64,000 nucleotides of DNA from Octopus vulgaris (Eukaryota), in NCBI GenBank assembly GCA_951406725.2, contig OX597815.1, positions 35,960,001 to 36,024,000 on the forward strand, written 5' to 3'. The notes below the pieces were generated by a model. That model searched no databases, was not told the origin of the DNA, and saw only the letters and a list, made by a program, of their open reading frames with translations. Positions 1 through 13,203 of this stretch are shown in pieces. A program made the position numbers and the translations under genes. How positions within the stretch are numbered: position 1 is the first letter of the stretch; each line of letters starts with the position of its first letter.

Positions 1-234
1 GAATACGTCAACATGACTCTCACTAAGGACCAAGAAGGAAAGTCATATGTTACCAATAATATTTTCAAGGAAAACCTGTTTAGGGATTCTTTTCCTTATG
101 AAAGCTTGCCAAATATAGAAAACTAAGATTGTGATATGACAACCAACAAAAAATTTTCTTTAAAACTTTGAATGGGCCTCATTTTCAAAAATATTTTCCA
201 TTTTTCTCGTGTGTGAATTATCTAGTAATATATC

Positions 235-425
235 CCAGGGAAAATGTTTATTGGCATTTCGTCCATTTTTTTACATTCTAAGTTCAAATTCTGCTGAGGT
301 TGATTTTGCCTTTAATCCTCTTAGGGTTGATAAAATAAGTATCAGTTAATCACTGGGATCATTGTAATCGACTCACTCCCTACTCTGAAATTGCTGGCCT
401 TGTGCCAAAATGTGAAACCAATATT
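235..425 (+). mobile_element. tRNA-derived SINE family B, degenerate copy
   Basis: Matches other copies: gttcaaattctgctgaggttgattttgcctt...taaaataagt...ggccttgtgccaaaa..tgaaacca. Confidence 0.8.
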
Positions 426-1597
426 AGGAGTTAAAATGTTGTTCAGACATACCACATTATGTTAATGAAATGACTTATGTGCATGTAGCCTATTAATAGT
501 GATCAACCTGTCAGCAACAATTTTTTTATATTGTATTTAATTTTGATGAATCATAGGAAGGGAATTTTGAAAACGTCTTAGCAAAAGAAAAGAGATGATA
601 GTTTTAAAATTTTGAGTAGCTCTGCTCCAGATTAAGCCTATAGAAAAAAGAAGTGTTTTATTAATATTCTTATATATCACAAGCTCTAATTTATATATTG
701 CATGATCTACATTATATTTCATAATAGTTTATAAAATATATATTATTCATTGAATAGAATAATATAAATTACACAGCACACAGAATCTTCTCAATACGAA
801 ACCAAAACATTACAGTATACATAAGCCACAGGAAAACAATATATTTACATGCATAAAATTCCCTGCAACAAAAATCTTGTTTATTTTTGCGCATGTTTCT
901 GGTACATTATTTTTAAAATTAAATCCCCTATATTTTCCCTCATTAAGACAGTAAACAACACTACAGGACATTATTCTAATGCCATCTCAAAATCACAAAA
1001 ATACAGAAGTGTCAATATCCTTATTAGCCTCAATCTGCACAATACTAGAGATAACCAGGTCCTTGTCATATATTGGTTCTATGACAACAACCTGGCTACA
1101 GTAATTTGGGACATGGTTCATTGACTGATAAGGTGATGAAAGCAAAAGAGTGCAAGGACAGGAATGATAATATCTGTACCTTGACAGAAATTTTGAATCC
1201 TTCTGATTAAAATATTACCTCAAAGGAGATTGAGAAACTATCACACTACAGAGATTTTGAAATTGAAATAAGCAGGATATGCAGTAAAAACTATACCAAT
1301 AATAATTAAAACATGATATGGTGATTAAAAAAGAACATGAACAAAAACTTATAAACCATGCCAGGATTCACAAATCTAAATCCTGTTCAAAAAATAGCCC
1401 TTACTAGGAATAGCCCACATCTTATGTGTGATATTTTTATTTTAATACTAAATATACAATATATTTTATGCACAATTTATACAACACAAAGCTTATAAAA
1501 TCATCACCTAATAAAATAGCACAAATCACACAACACATAGTCTACTAATACCCCACCCAATAATATAACACAGCCCACATATCACATAACTCTATAC

Positions 1598-1790
1598 CAG
1601 TGGTTCCTAACGTTTTCACTACCAAGGATCCCTTTTATTTAAATGAGTTTTCCCATGGACTCCGTTTAATATGCTTATCCTTATGTATATATATATATAT
1701 ACATATGAAATTTTGAATTTAGTTCACAGACCCCCAGTACTATCTTTGCGTACCACCAGGGGTCCACGGACTACAGGTTGAGAACCACTG
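1598..1790. mobile_element. hAT-type MITE
   Basis: TIRs CAGTGGTTCCTAAC / GTTGAGAACCACTG; 8-bp TSD ctctatac/ttctatac (7/8). Confidence 0.85.
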
Positions 1791-1814
1791 TTCTATACAA
1801 TCACCACTCACTAA

Positions 1815-2035
1815 CCCTTTAGCATTCAGATTACTCTCTCAAATGTAATGCTTAGTTATTCACATTGCTTTGAATTAATCATGCATTATCTCATAGATTC
1901 AAGATTTCTATGATGTAATTGGTTATTTTTTAGAATGACATTGTAGGGTAGGTGTAAGATACCAGATCTGGCTGGCTTGGACGTAAAATAAGAAGAATGT
2001 TTTGGCTGGATATGACCAGTTTAAATGCTAAAGGG
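1815..2035. mobile_element. piggyBac-like MITE
   Basis: TIRs CCCTTTAGCATT / AATGCTAAAGGG flanked by ctaa / ttaa (TTAA-type TSD). Confidence 0.75.
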
Positions 2036-2766
2036 TTAAAGTAAACCACCACATACTCCTTCGTAACATGTAGCTGATACTATATGCCCCTTGAACCAAT
2101 GAGGAAGCCTTTATATGGTTGCTCAATTTGCTAGAAAAAGCAGCCACACACCAATATAATACAATCCACAAAGCACAATATCACATAACACAAACCATAC
2201 AACACATGAAATATAAAAATCACTCAACAACATGACACATATTCTACTCAAAAAAACCAGCCAAACAGTAAATTAACACTAGAAACAACAAAACGATGCC
2301 CACAACATAGCGAAAACTGAAGCAGCACACAATTTCACATGCCAAAAAGACAAAAAACAAAAACTGCATGCAACTCTTGGAACACAAAAGTACACTTGAT
2401 GGTGCAGTGGAAGCTTTGCCTAAGGGAAGAAGGAAGACGAAGAGGAGAACAACATGAACAAAAGCAGCAGTAGCAGCAGCAGCAGCAGCAATAGCAACAA
2501 CAACAAACAACTTTAACATCTTAAAGTCAGAAAAAATGGAAAAGGAAAATGAAGAGATCAGAAAAACTAAATATAATTCTCAACCATAATAATTTTCTAA
2601 GAAAATTTGATAAAATAGTAGAGTAACTGATATTTTAGAGAAACTTACTACTGGCTTTTATAAAAATGAATATACTAAGTCATTTATTTGTGCCCTTTAG
2701 AGGCAATAGGTCAGTTGTACTTAACCCATGACTTTTTAAAACAAATTTATAGCCTTCCAACATAGT

Positions 2767-2902
2767 TGACATCAAATAAGGAGACTGATGACTCATAAAA
2801 CCTGGTGAGTCAAAACAGCATGTCCACAAACCCATCCCACTGACTCAGGCACCATATTTCACAGAGCACATTGCTGGTAATCTCTTACAGATAGGCGGAA
2901 GT
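2767..2902. promoter_or_regulatory. Candidate intronic enhancer: AP-1 x3, CRE-like and ETS motifs
   Basis: TGACTCA 2789-2795, TGAGTCA 2806-2812, TGACTCA 2841-2847, TGACATCA 2767-2774, CGGAAGT 2896-2902. Confidence 0.45.
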
Positions 2903-3389
2903 TAACTCAAAGCAGCTGTTATTACAAAGTGTAGCGGTGGTGTACATTGAAAGAGAAAGAGGGTGCTTATATTCTTACAAACACAAGATACTTCTATTTC
3001 AATAAAACATCAACTCCTATATTAACACAAGTTTCAGAAATATAAGAGACAGAATTTGGAAATTGTGAACTCCATGCTTTTACAAGCAGCCTTAGATGTT
3101 AAGTGAAATAGATTTAACCAGACTATTGGCTTGTTCCTGGTACAAGCATAATTTTAAGCAACTGAATCTTTAATATCAATAATGATTTATTACAAAAGGA
3201 CAAGACTAATTCTAATAACAACTGGTCTGACCCTACTATATTATTATTGGCGTTTGTTTTATCAACCAGTGAGATGAAAATTAAATACAGATCAGAGCAA
3301 AATCTCAGAAATATAAACCAATAAATTAGGTATTAAAAACGCCCAACTCAGCTCGCTACCATTTGTACTAACTCCACAACATAAGCTAA

Positions 3390-3600
3390 TGAGGGAACCT
3401 CGATATGGTCACTAGAAATAGCAGCTAAATTTCTCACAAACCAGATCCCCACATCTCAAAAACAGTAAGGACACATTAGATAATGTAATACTAATTAACC
3501 CTTTTATGTCACAGATGAATGCCTTTGATGCTACAGATGGAATGCCTTTGATCAAAGGCCAGCGTGATCAAGGCTGACATGAGTCTAAGCAACAACAATA
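3390..3600 (+). repeat. Old dispersed repeat (family D, probably a SINE/LINE tail); related pieces near 2095-2145, 11330-11655, 21280-21480(-), 39035-39230(-), 48640-48780(-), 53470-53740
   Basis: Shared motifs gaggaa.cct..atatggt...ctagaaatagcagc.aaat, ggacacattagataatg, tttgatcaa and aagcaacaaca across copies. Confidence 0.55.
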
Positions 3601-4176
3601 TTACATTACAATCCATTACTGACTAGGTCAGTGGTTAGAACCAGCAAGGATGTTAGATTTTAGCGGTTGGATTTCAAATACATAATCCAAGCTTTGATTC
3701 ATGTTTATAGACTATTGTGGAGAAATGTACTGACTATCCACTATAGAAAGTAAACAGCAAGATCCTGTTTCAACAAAATTATTGAAGTCTGCAGCTATTA
3801 TGCTGGAATTTTCCTTTCATTACTGTCTTTCATACCTGTATTTGAAGAAAGCATAGAGTTGTTTACAGTTTAAAGTATTTTAAATATTTACTTGGAGAAG
3901 AGAGGCTCACAAACAACCAGATATCTAAATATGAAATTTATTTCATTTAAAGAGAAATTATTTATTCATATATGTACTAGTGTGTATCTATCCAAACATG
4001 AATGTGAACATACATGTGTAATAATGTACTCAGTCAAAAGCAATAAAAAGTGCTTATAATTTATTTTTTTTGCATCTACACACTCTTTAAGTTGGATACT
4101 GAGTGACAGTAATGAAGTTAATGTGTTATCTTTGCACAAAAAAGGGGTTCCAGGTCGTCAGTATTTCATCATCTTA

Positions 4177-4356
<180 letters not shown>

Positions 4357-4489
4357 CTATGGAGTAAAAGTTGGAGAATATTAGTTCCAGAATTAATAAT
4401 TAGTCTTAAAGAATTTGTATTTCATATATCAGTATAACATTAAATTCATTTATAAGAATATTAGTTTCTGATACACCTTGTGTTGCATA

Positions 4490-6023
4490 CGAGGTCTCGC
4501 CAGAAAGAAAAATTGAACTTTTAAAACAACACTATAACTAGTTGGTGCAGCATGCTCACAGCAATAGTCACATGTACAAGAAAATTTGATCTTCAGTTTA
4601 GTAATATCCATATCATGCCACATAAGTTAGTCACTGATCTACACATGCTAGAGTTGATGTATGTTTAGTGCACTTGGTAATTTGCAGCAAGCTGAACAAG
4701 GAAGAATTTGGAAGAGTAACTGTTTGCATGAAATTCTGTTTCAAATTAAGAAAAACTTCTCCAGAGTCTTTTCTAATGTTGCAATAGGCCTATGAGAAGT
4801 AATGACTGAACTGTAAATACTTTTATGAGTGGCACTAGTGTTTTAAACCAAGAAGGAAAACCACTAGAGATCATCCTATATGTAAATGACCTGCCATAGA
4901 CAATGATAACACAGTAAAAATTAAAGCTGCAATCCATGAAAATTGTCAGCTGTCTGAAGAAGTAAGCATCTGTAAATGTTCATGCCACAAGATTTTAAAA
5001 GAAAAAATTGAAGACGCATTATGTTGCTGCAAAATTTTTCTGAGTCTGGTAACAGGTAAACAAAAAGGAAACTGAATCAGTGAGTTAGGATCAGCTTGAT
5101 CAAAACTTTCTGAAAAGCATCATAACAGATGAAGGAATATGAGCATATGAATCATCATCATCATTATCATCATCTTCGTTTAGCGTCCGCTTTCCATGCT
5201 AGCATGGGTTGGACGGTTCAACTGGGGTCTGGGAAGCCAGAAGGCTGCACCAGGCCCAGTCTGATCCGGCAATGTTTCTACAGCTGGATGCCCTTCCAAA
5301 CACCAACCACTCCGTGAGTGTAGTGGGTGCTTTTTACATGCCACCGGCACAGGTGCCAGACAAGGCTGGCAAACGGCCATGATCGGATGGTGCTTTTTAT
5401 GTGCCACCAGCACGGGGACCAGGCGAGGCTGGCAACGGCTACAATTGGATGGTGCTTTTTACGTGCCACCGGCACGAGGCCAGTTGGGGCGGTGCTGGCA
5501 ATGGCCACATTCGGATGGTTCTCTTACGTACCACCAGCACATGAAAAGACAGTTATCACACTGGGATAGATCATCATCACCACAACCAAAGCAACTCACT
5601 CAAATGTGAAGATGGTGTTGATAACTTTTTCTGATTGGAAGGGTGTTGTTCATAATGAGTTTGTTCTACATGGTCTGATGGTCAATAAGTTTTCTTTAGA
5701 TATTCTGAGATGTCTCAGGGATGCAGTGTGAAGGAAGAACCCAAATGCTGCACTACAAATAACAAAACTACTCATTCATGGCTCCATATCTGCGATTTTT
5801 TGGCAAAGCATGAACTGATTCTCCTTTTCCTGACTTCCTACTCTCCAGATTTCGCCTCTGCAAATTTTTAATCATTCCCAAAGGTGAAATCCATTCTGAA
5901 AGGTCACTGACTTAGCTAATGGACAAGATTGCAGAAAATTTGCCCCAAGAACTGTGCACAAAATCTGAAAATGCATTCCAAAAACAGATTTTCCAGTTTG
6001 GAAAAATCTATTTGGAACAGTGT
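4490..6023 (+). mobile_element. Degenerate mariner transposon interrupted by an RTE insertion
   Basis: TA|CGAGG terminus; relic peptides VCMKFCFKLRKTSPESFLMLQ*AY (HTH), FLKSIITDE, NVKMVLITFSDWKGVVHNEF and PYSPDFASANF*SFPKVKSILKG (YSPDLAP motif); stops and frameshifts. Confidence 0.9.
5152..5540 (-). mobile_element. RTE-family LINE 3'UTR fragment nested in the mariner
   Basis: (CAT)n tail plus cgtttagcgtccgctttccatgctagcatgggttgg; reverse complement of the 3' ends at 19500-19883 and 60540-60938. Confidence 0.9.
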
Positions 6024-6024
6024 A

Positions 6025-6400
6025 TCATTATCATCATCATTTAATATCAATGTTTATTCTGGCATGGGTTGGACGGTTTGACAGGATCTGATGGGTCCAA
6101 AGACTGCATCATACACCAAGTTGGCATAGTTTTCACAACTAGATGCCCTTCCTAATGCCAACCACTTTACAGCATGTATTGGGTGCTTTTCTTCATGCCA
6201 CCAGGACTAGGAAGTTGCCATGCAGTTCACAAGACTATGAAACTCAAGGGGGAGGGGTTGGCTTTATGCTAAGGAACAAGGGGTTAAAGTTTCAGAGAAG
6301 TGGGGCAGAGCAGGAGAGGTATAGTTATCCAGGCTCTAATGATTGTGTAAAGATGGAGCAAAACAATGTATCCAAAGTTTGAGGGGACTCACAAGGAACA
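6025..6400 (-). mobile_element. Older RTE 3'UTR fragment
   Basis: (CAT)n tail, ggcatgggttggacgg and gatgcccttcctaatgccaacc motifs shared with the family. Confidence 0.7.
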
Positions 6401-7435
6401 GTCCCCAACTTTAGTTTTGTGGTGACATGAATAATTTAGCACTATATTTATTTTTTAAAGAACTGCCAATGTTATGATATAGCATATGTCTGCCCAAGGT
6501 CTTAGCACTACCAACACTATCACAAGGCTTAGTATTCTCATGATAAATGTTATCATCTCTCATTTAAGATAAAGTGTCTTTCAGAATAATGCTGACTGAT
6601 GTGCTTGATACTGATAATAGATATTTGCTTTCTCATATTTGAATCTTTCACAATCACATTTTAGACATTATTAGACATCATAAATGAAATACATAAATTT
6701 TTTTGACAACTGACAAATTTATTTCTGGTTTACTTATGCCCACTTATAATGTTATTTTGTTGCTAAGGTTAACTAAAATCATATAAAGTTGTGTGATTAA
6801 TTTCATTATTAATGCACTTTCTTTTCAACAGACAATTTTCTTATTTTGGTGGGAATTCTACAGAACACAGTTGTGTCTTAGACCAATGTTTTTTTATCTA
6901 TATTTTGTTTTGCAATGGCTCCTTCTTGTAGAAGCATGATCAGCTAGCAAGAAAGTACAGTACATTTCTGTCCACTGCAACAGTTAGAGTCATGAGGTTT
7001 ATAACTTTAATGTCTACCTCTAAATTTATAAATTACATTAATCAGTTGAAGTTTATTCAGCAGCTCATAACGTTGTTTGTGAAAGACTATTTTAAATTTT
7101 TGTGCTTTTATAATATATTACCCCAGCTGAGTATTATATGCATTCATTGATAAAGTGTTCATCCATTTTATGGTCACAACACATTGTTCATTTATACAGC
7201 ATATATATGGTTTGCTTGTTTTTACTGAACGTTATGTCTTTGTAGAATAAATACATTACAATAAGATGTCAATAACAACCACCACAAATCTTATTTTCTC
7301 CAGAAAATAAAGCAGAAGAAACTTGATACATCAAGAGATTCAGAATTATGTGCAAGGATTACCAGGTAGAGTGCATATGATACTTTCAAACAGGTGTCTA
7401 AATAGATACTAGTTATATATATATATATATATATA

Positions 7436-7900
7436 CCAGGTGAGTCAAAAGTCTTTTTCAAATTTTCAACGATGATTTTTAGCAACTTGTATCTCATATT
7501 ATATCATTAATTTGATACTTGTTATCCAACTGTTTATTCTTATTATCATATATACATATATATATATATATATATAACATATAAACATTACTTGTTTATT
7601 CTTTATTTTACAGCTTTGATAATGAGTGGTGAAAAAATTGGAATTTGAGCCATTTTACACTAATTGTGGAAAAAAAGACTGAGTGCAAAGGTAGTGGCAA
7701 AAGAAATTAATGACGTGGACAGTCCAGTAACTGCCAAAGAACATGTGGCACAAAACTGGTTCAGACATATTTCAAGGAAGGTAACACCAGCTGAAGACTT
7801 TCTGTTGTGGAAGATGAGGCCTTGTTTTAAATGGCTAAACAACAGCCGAACACAGAACTTAGTTTTTCACAAAACTCCATCAATCGACATCTCCACAAGT
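7436..7900 (+). mobile_element. Mariner 5' fragment (TIR plus transposase HTH)
   Basis: TA|CCAGGTGAGTCAAAAG end; peptide LWKKRLSAKVVAKEINDVDSPVTAKEHVAQNWFRH resembles the mariner N-terminal HTH. Confidence 0.75.
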
Positions 7901-7929
7901 TCCACTACTAGTGGTCTGCTAGGACTGAA

Positions 7930-8150
7930 GACAAGGAGTCAGCTCTGGCTTTGCACAGTTCATGCTTTCTTTGTGCTCCTGCAATCCTGTTTTGTTCTTA
8001 GTCCATGGCACTTCTGTTGGTGCAGTTTTGCCAGGTAGAGCAGTCTTGTGCTCACATTTTCCATGTGTCAGGATTGATCTCAAAGCACTTCAGAAATGCT
8101 TCAAGAGCCTGCCTGAGAGAGTGGTAGACTTGGCGACTTAAAAGTTGAGT
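7930..8150 (-). mobile_element. RTE LINE C-terminal relic
   Basis: Minus translation LKCFEINPDTWKM*AQDCSTWQ...EQNRIAGAQRKHELCKARA fits the RTE W..A.DR..WR C-terminal pattern. Confidence 0.65.
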
Positions 8151-8216
8151 TATTTCTTGTAGCAAATTGCATCTTTTTATTCCTAATTATGAAAACTTAC
8201 CCATTGGGATGCAGGT

Positions 8217-8412
8217 TTCAAAAATCAAATCTGTTTTTCTTGAGGATGCATCATTTGAGAGCCTGTCCGTGATATATCCACATACATATACACATACACT
8301 TTCATTTACATATATATATATATATATATATATGTAAATGAAAGTGTATGTGTATATGTATGTGGATATATCACGGACAGGCTCTCAAATGATGCATCCT
8401 CAGATTTGATTT

Positions 8413-8417
<5 letters not shown>
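8217..8417. repeat. Near-perfect inverted duplication centred on a (TA)n tract
   Basis: 8241-8310 is the exact reverse complement of about 8333-8402; ttcaaaaatcaaatc pairs with gatttgatttttgaa after a 9-nt indel. Confidence 0.95.
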
Positions 8418-8452
<35 letters not shown>

Positions 8453-8656
8453 TATATGTGGATCATATATCCGAAAAAGAAGCACACACTAAAAATTAGA
8501 GCAGTAATGTATTTACAAGAGGTTAATTATATGGCCATTGGAGTCTGACAATTCATCTATCAGGCTAAGTGCTTATGCATATGACCAGCCATATAATTAA
8601 CCTCCTGTAAATACGCACGCTCGCACACACACACACACACACACACTTTTTTTTAG

Positions 8657-9034
8657 AAGCACTCTGTCGGTTACGACGATGAGGGTTCCGGTTGATCCGA
8701 TCAACGGAACAGCCTGCTCGTGAAATTAACGTGTAAGTGGCTGAGCACTCCACAGACACGTGTACCCTTAACGTAGTTCTCGGGGATATTCAGCGTGACA
8801 CAGAGAGTGACAAGGCCGGCCCTTTGAAATACAGGTACAACAGAAACAGGTGTTAGAGTGAGAGAAAGTTGTGGTGAAAGAGTACAGCAGGGATCACCAC
8901 CATCCATGCCGGAGCCTTGTGGAGCTTTAGGTGTTTCCGCTTAATAAACACTCACAAGGCCCGGTCTGGGAATCGAAACCGCGATCCTACGACCGCGAGT
9001 CTGCTGCCCTAACCACTGGGCCATTGCACCTCCA
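8657..9034 (-). mobile_element. tRNA-derived SINE family C
   Basis: Minus head ggaggtgcaaTGGCccagTGGttagggcagcagactcgcggtcgtaggatcgcGGTTTCGATTCC (A/B boxes); same family as 13204 and 31724. Confidence 0.9.
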
Positions 9035-9157
9035 CGCACACACACACACACACACATACACACACACATACACAGAACGCACATCCATTGGGCTTCTACA
9101 CAGTTCCCAGCTACCATATTCATTCACAAAGCATTGCTTGATTCAGAGTTGCTCATT

Positions 9158-9290
9158 TGTGAAGGTGATGATCACTGTTTCTGACTGAAAAGATGTCATT
9201 CACAATGAGCTTGCTCCACATACTTAATGATCAATAATAAGTTTTGCATGAATGTTATGAGGTGTTTCAGTAAGGCAAGTGTGAAAAAAG
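9158..9290 (+). mobile_element. Mariner transposase fragment
   Basis: VKVMITVSD*KDVIHNELAP, homologous to 5605-5670. Confidence 0.6.
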
Positions 9291-9459
9291 ACACCAAGCA
9301 ATTGTAGTGGGATGAACCTGTAGGTGGTGAAGACCCAGAAAAAATTTGGGAAGGAGTCATGAAAGATGATCTACCAAGATGGTATTTTGTGAAGGAAATA
9401 ACAAATATACTGGGCTAGAAGATCCATCCAAATCATGCAAACATGCAAACAAACTTAAA

Positions 9460-9460
<1 letters not shown>

Positions 9461-9535
<75 letters not shown>
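9461..9535. repeat. (ATT)n microsatellite
   Basis: Direct reading. Confidence 0.98.
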
Positions 9536-9536
<1 letters not shown>

Positions 9537-11157
9537 GACAATGGTGGCATCATGAAGGAAACTTCTTAACTACACAATCATGCCTGCACCTTTTAATGTT
9601 TGCACACCTTAATAGACAAGTAGTGCACTTCAGTCATGATTGTTGTTTACTCACTCTATAGTACTACTACTACTAGTATACATACATATATATATATATA
9701 TCATCATCATCGTTTAACGTCCGTTTTCCGTGCTAGCACGGGTTATATATATATATATATATATATGCTCTCAAACACCTACAAACATCCTGATACATTC
9801 AGTAACACTCCTAGTCCATGCTGTTGTTTACAACTATTACTATTAACTGTCACTGCTACTACTACTTTTTAAAATCTTTCTATAAGATCAGGAGCAACAC
9901 AATGATAAGAATAGCTATATTATTCTAATCTGTTTGCAAAGACAAGTTGTGTGGTTTCAGTACGTAAAAATCAAAATCCTACAGTTTTGTTAATATCACA
10001 ACATAATTCAATTAGAATTTTGCAATAAAATGGGTGCTCTGTTTTTGTACTAGTTTCAGTTCATGGACTGTGACCATGCTGAGGCACGGACTTAAAGAGT
10101 TTGACTTGATCACATAAACAACAGTACTTATTTCAGTCTAGTGGTATCAATCTTTGTCATTGAATCAATTTTTGACACAAACCATTTCTACAGCAATATA
10201 AACAGATATGGCTGGACGGACAGTCACACATACACACACACAAATATCTTCATTTTAATGTCCACTTCCCCATGCTTTTTAATGTCCACATATCCACACT
10301 TACACCTCTGCATGCATTGTGTTATTTATGTCCCTCAAGTTGCACAGTTACCCTCTGGTCACTCTTGCCATTAGAAATCCAGTGAATCAGAGATTGGCCT
10401 TGAGGAACACTGAGAACCAATGAGGCGATTGTTCACAAAAATGCATGACATAAAGTAAAAAAATAAGAGACTTTTGACTGTATAGTTCAGTGTTGTCATT
10501 TAAAAGTACACTGTGGAACAGAATGATATTATGTGAAGATCAGAATGACAATAGAAATTTTGATTTTGTTTTTTAATTGTGTTGCATCACAAGCAGAGGT
10601 GGTAGGACCAGTAAACATAATGCCTAATGGTATTTAGTTCTGTCCAGTGTTCTGAATTCAATCTCAGCTTTGCCTTTCATCACTCCAAAAGTGCTAGAAT
10701 AAGTGCTAGTTATGTTCTTAGGTTAATCCCATCAACCATATCTCTCATGCAGAAATTGTGGCTTGGTGCTAATGTAAGAAATCATTATTACAGGGTCTGT
10801 AAAAGAAAATAACTGCTTGTAAATCTATGAAACTGGAAGCCAAATACTTTTTTCCTGTTCTCAATTAGTTGTGGGTCAATTTTACAAAAGCCATTTTCAC
10901 CTGACATTTTCATTAACAAAAAACAGACACCTTTTAAATCCAGCAAGGCTTTCTCTCAAAAAGTCCAGATATTGCACTGTCATTCTAAATAAAATTGTCT
11001 AAGTATCCAATCATTTCCTAGTCAGGTTAAACCTGCAGAGAAATAGCACTACACCAATGCTAACATCGATGTAGTGAGAAGAAGAAATAGTTTGTGTGAT
11101 TCTTTCAAGTAACTTACACATTGGTTGTGTCAAAACCACAACTAGTTACTCCAATCA

Positions 11158-11179
11158 GGTTAGGGTTAGGGTTAGGGTT
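11158..11179 (+). repeat. Short interstitial (TTAGGG)3
   Basis: ggTTAGGGTTAGGGTTAGGGtt. Confidence 0.85.
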
Positions 11180-13137
11180 CCTCAACAATGAGGAAGATTT
11201 CATTGCCCACAAGTAGTTCCTTTAAGTTTTATACAGGAATATTTCAGAAATATTTTACCAGGTATTGCAAATGAATTCAGTTCTGTTTCAGCTCACCCTT
11301 TATGTCAGTGCAACACTTGTACACCAAAGATGGGATTTCTAGGTGATTGCTTGATCTGCAAGAAATAGTAGCTAAATCACATCCTACCAGCTTAAAAAAG
11401 GATAGGTTACACTAGATAATGTAGTTCTAGACCCTACAAGAAAGAGAGGATGGTCACAAGTGGTATATCTGTCTTTTACTTGAGTTGTATCAAAAGCAGT
11501 AAAGTGGCACAAATGGTGAATTACTTAATGTCTAATAGTATTTAGTTGCATCATCCTGCAACATCCTGACTTCAATATTATTGAACTCAGCTTTGCTTTT
11601 CATTCCTCTATAGATCTACTCTGTTACAGTTGACCTAGGTCTAGACAACAGAAAACATCATTTTAATGACAACAGCATATGGTTTAAAATTCCTTCAATA
11701 AATTTCCAAAACTTTTTCACTGACTTTAAACACCCAATCGAACAACTTAAGTCCTGTATAACTGTTATGCAAGAGAATCATTTTTTCACTTAAATCAATT
11801 TACAACATTGCTTCTTGAGTTAGACTAACATTTATCCTTTTGATCAGAAGCAACGCAGTTGACATGACTAATAGTAGCAGCTGTGTCTTCTAACAACTCT
11901 GACAATTTCAATTACTAGTCCAGATAAACTAGTAGATTTTCCAACATTTGTATATGATAGAACCTTAGAAACCTCTGTGGCATACATAGGAAACCTGAAG
12001 TATTTCTTCACCCCACCCTCTCTCTCCCTAATTGAGCAGTAAAAGAAGAGTTTCCTATTTGTTCACATTCTCTGTCAGTTCTGTGAAAAAATAGGATTAT
12101 ATTATTCTGCTAATGCATAAACTGTGAATTTCTAGAAATTTCACACCTGCTCCCTCATAAAGCAAGATTATATAAATAAATAAAATTGATTAAACTAGTT
12201 TAACAGAGAATATAATATACTTAGTAGCAAAATAATTTATTGATAAAGAGAATAGATTGCATCAATAAACAAAAACACTTTTGGCAACATGTGATAGACT
12301 GAAAATTAAAAACATAAATGAAATCTTCTAAGTTAAATGTACGAATCTCAAATAACCATAGCAACTATTTTTTTTTTTTTTAATTTTTAATATCTTCTGT
12401 ACTTTTTTTTTGACAGAACATCACCAGTTTAAATGCACTATAAAAATTCTGCAAACATCTACTGGGATTCATTAATACGTGACCTATATAACAGCCTGAA
12501 AAATCCAAGGCTGCTTCTTTTTTTTTTTATTTGTAATTTTTATTTATTTATTTATTTACTTACTTACTTAATTTCCACCATAAACTTTCACAATTCTAAT
12601 CAAATATAAATTATTGATGCTGAAGACAACATGATACTTCTCTGTTGGCAAACTTTTCTCACTTATTCAAAGGGTATTAACCACAAAACCAAATGTCACC
12701 AATGCTATTCAAAAACAAAACCTATTGAAATTAAATACAAAAGCAATTTAATTTGAAATATGTATTTGTTTCTGATAATTACTCAATAAAGAAACGAGCT
12801 TTTCATAACCATTACCAACACACTAATTAAATGTGTATATTTTATATATATCCTCTTATTTTTAGTGGTTTCAGTTATTGGATTATGCTGGGACAACACT
12901 TTTAACAGTTCAGTCGATTACATTGACTCCCTGTACTTTGTCTGGTACTTGTTTTATTGATTTCACAAAGAGAAAAAAGTAAGGTTGACCTGGATAGCAT
13001 CTGAACTCAGAATGAAATGGAATGTAACCAAATAGCACAACATATTTTGTTTAACACTCTACTGATTCTGCCATCTACTCACCAATATATATGTGTGTAT
13101 ATATATATATATGTATGGATATGTATGTATATGTATG

Positions 13138-13192
<55 letters not shown>

Positions 13193-13203
13193 GTATATAT
13201 ATC

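Noticed and set aside
2244-2519. 91-aa hydrophobic ORF resembling a signal peptide or membrane protein
   Set aside because: Built from (GCA)n/(CAA)n low-complexity sequence; no recognisable homology and not the expected next SEC14L1 exon (IAGV.YVYF.QKN).
3830-3852. Minus-strand CAG|GTATGA recursive-splice-like site
   Set aside because: A single moderate motif expected by chance, only ~370 nt from the upstream donor.
8201-8262. Possible 62-nt cassette exon with a GTAAGT donor
   Set aside because: The acceptor lacks a pyrimidine tract, the length shifts frame and there are stops in the relevant frames; no support without RNA data.
8950-9034. tRNA-like sequences at SINE heads
   Set aside because: They are attached to SINE bodies and tails and lack a full cloverleaf, so they are not tRNA genes.
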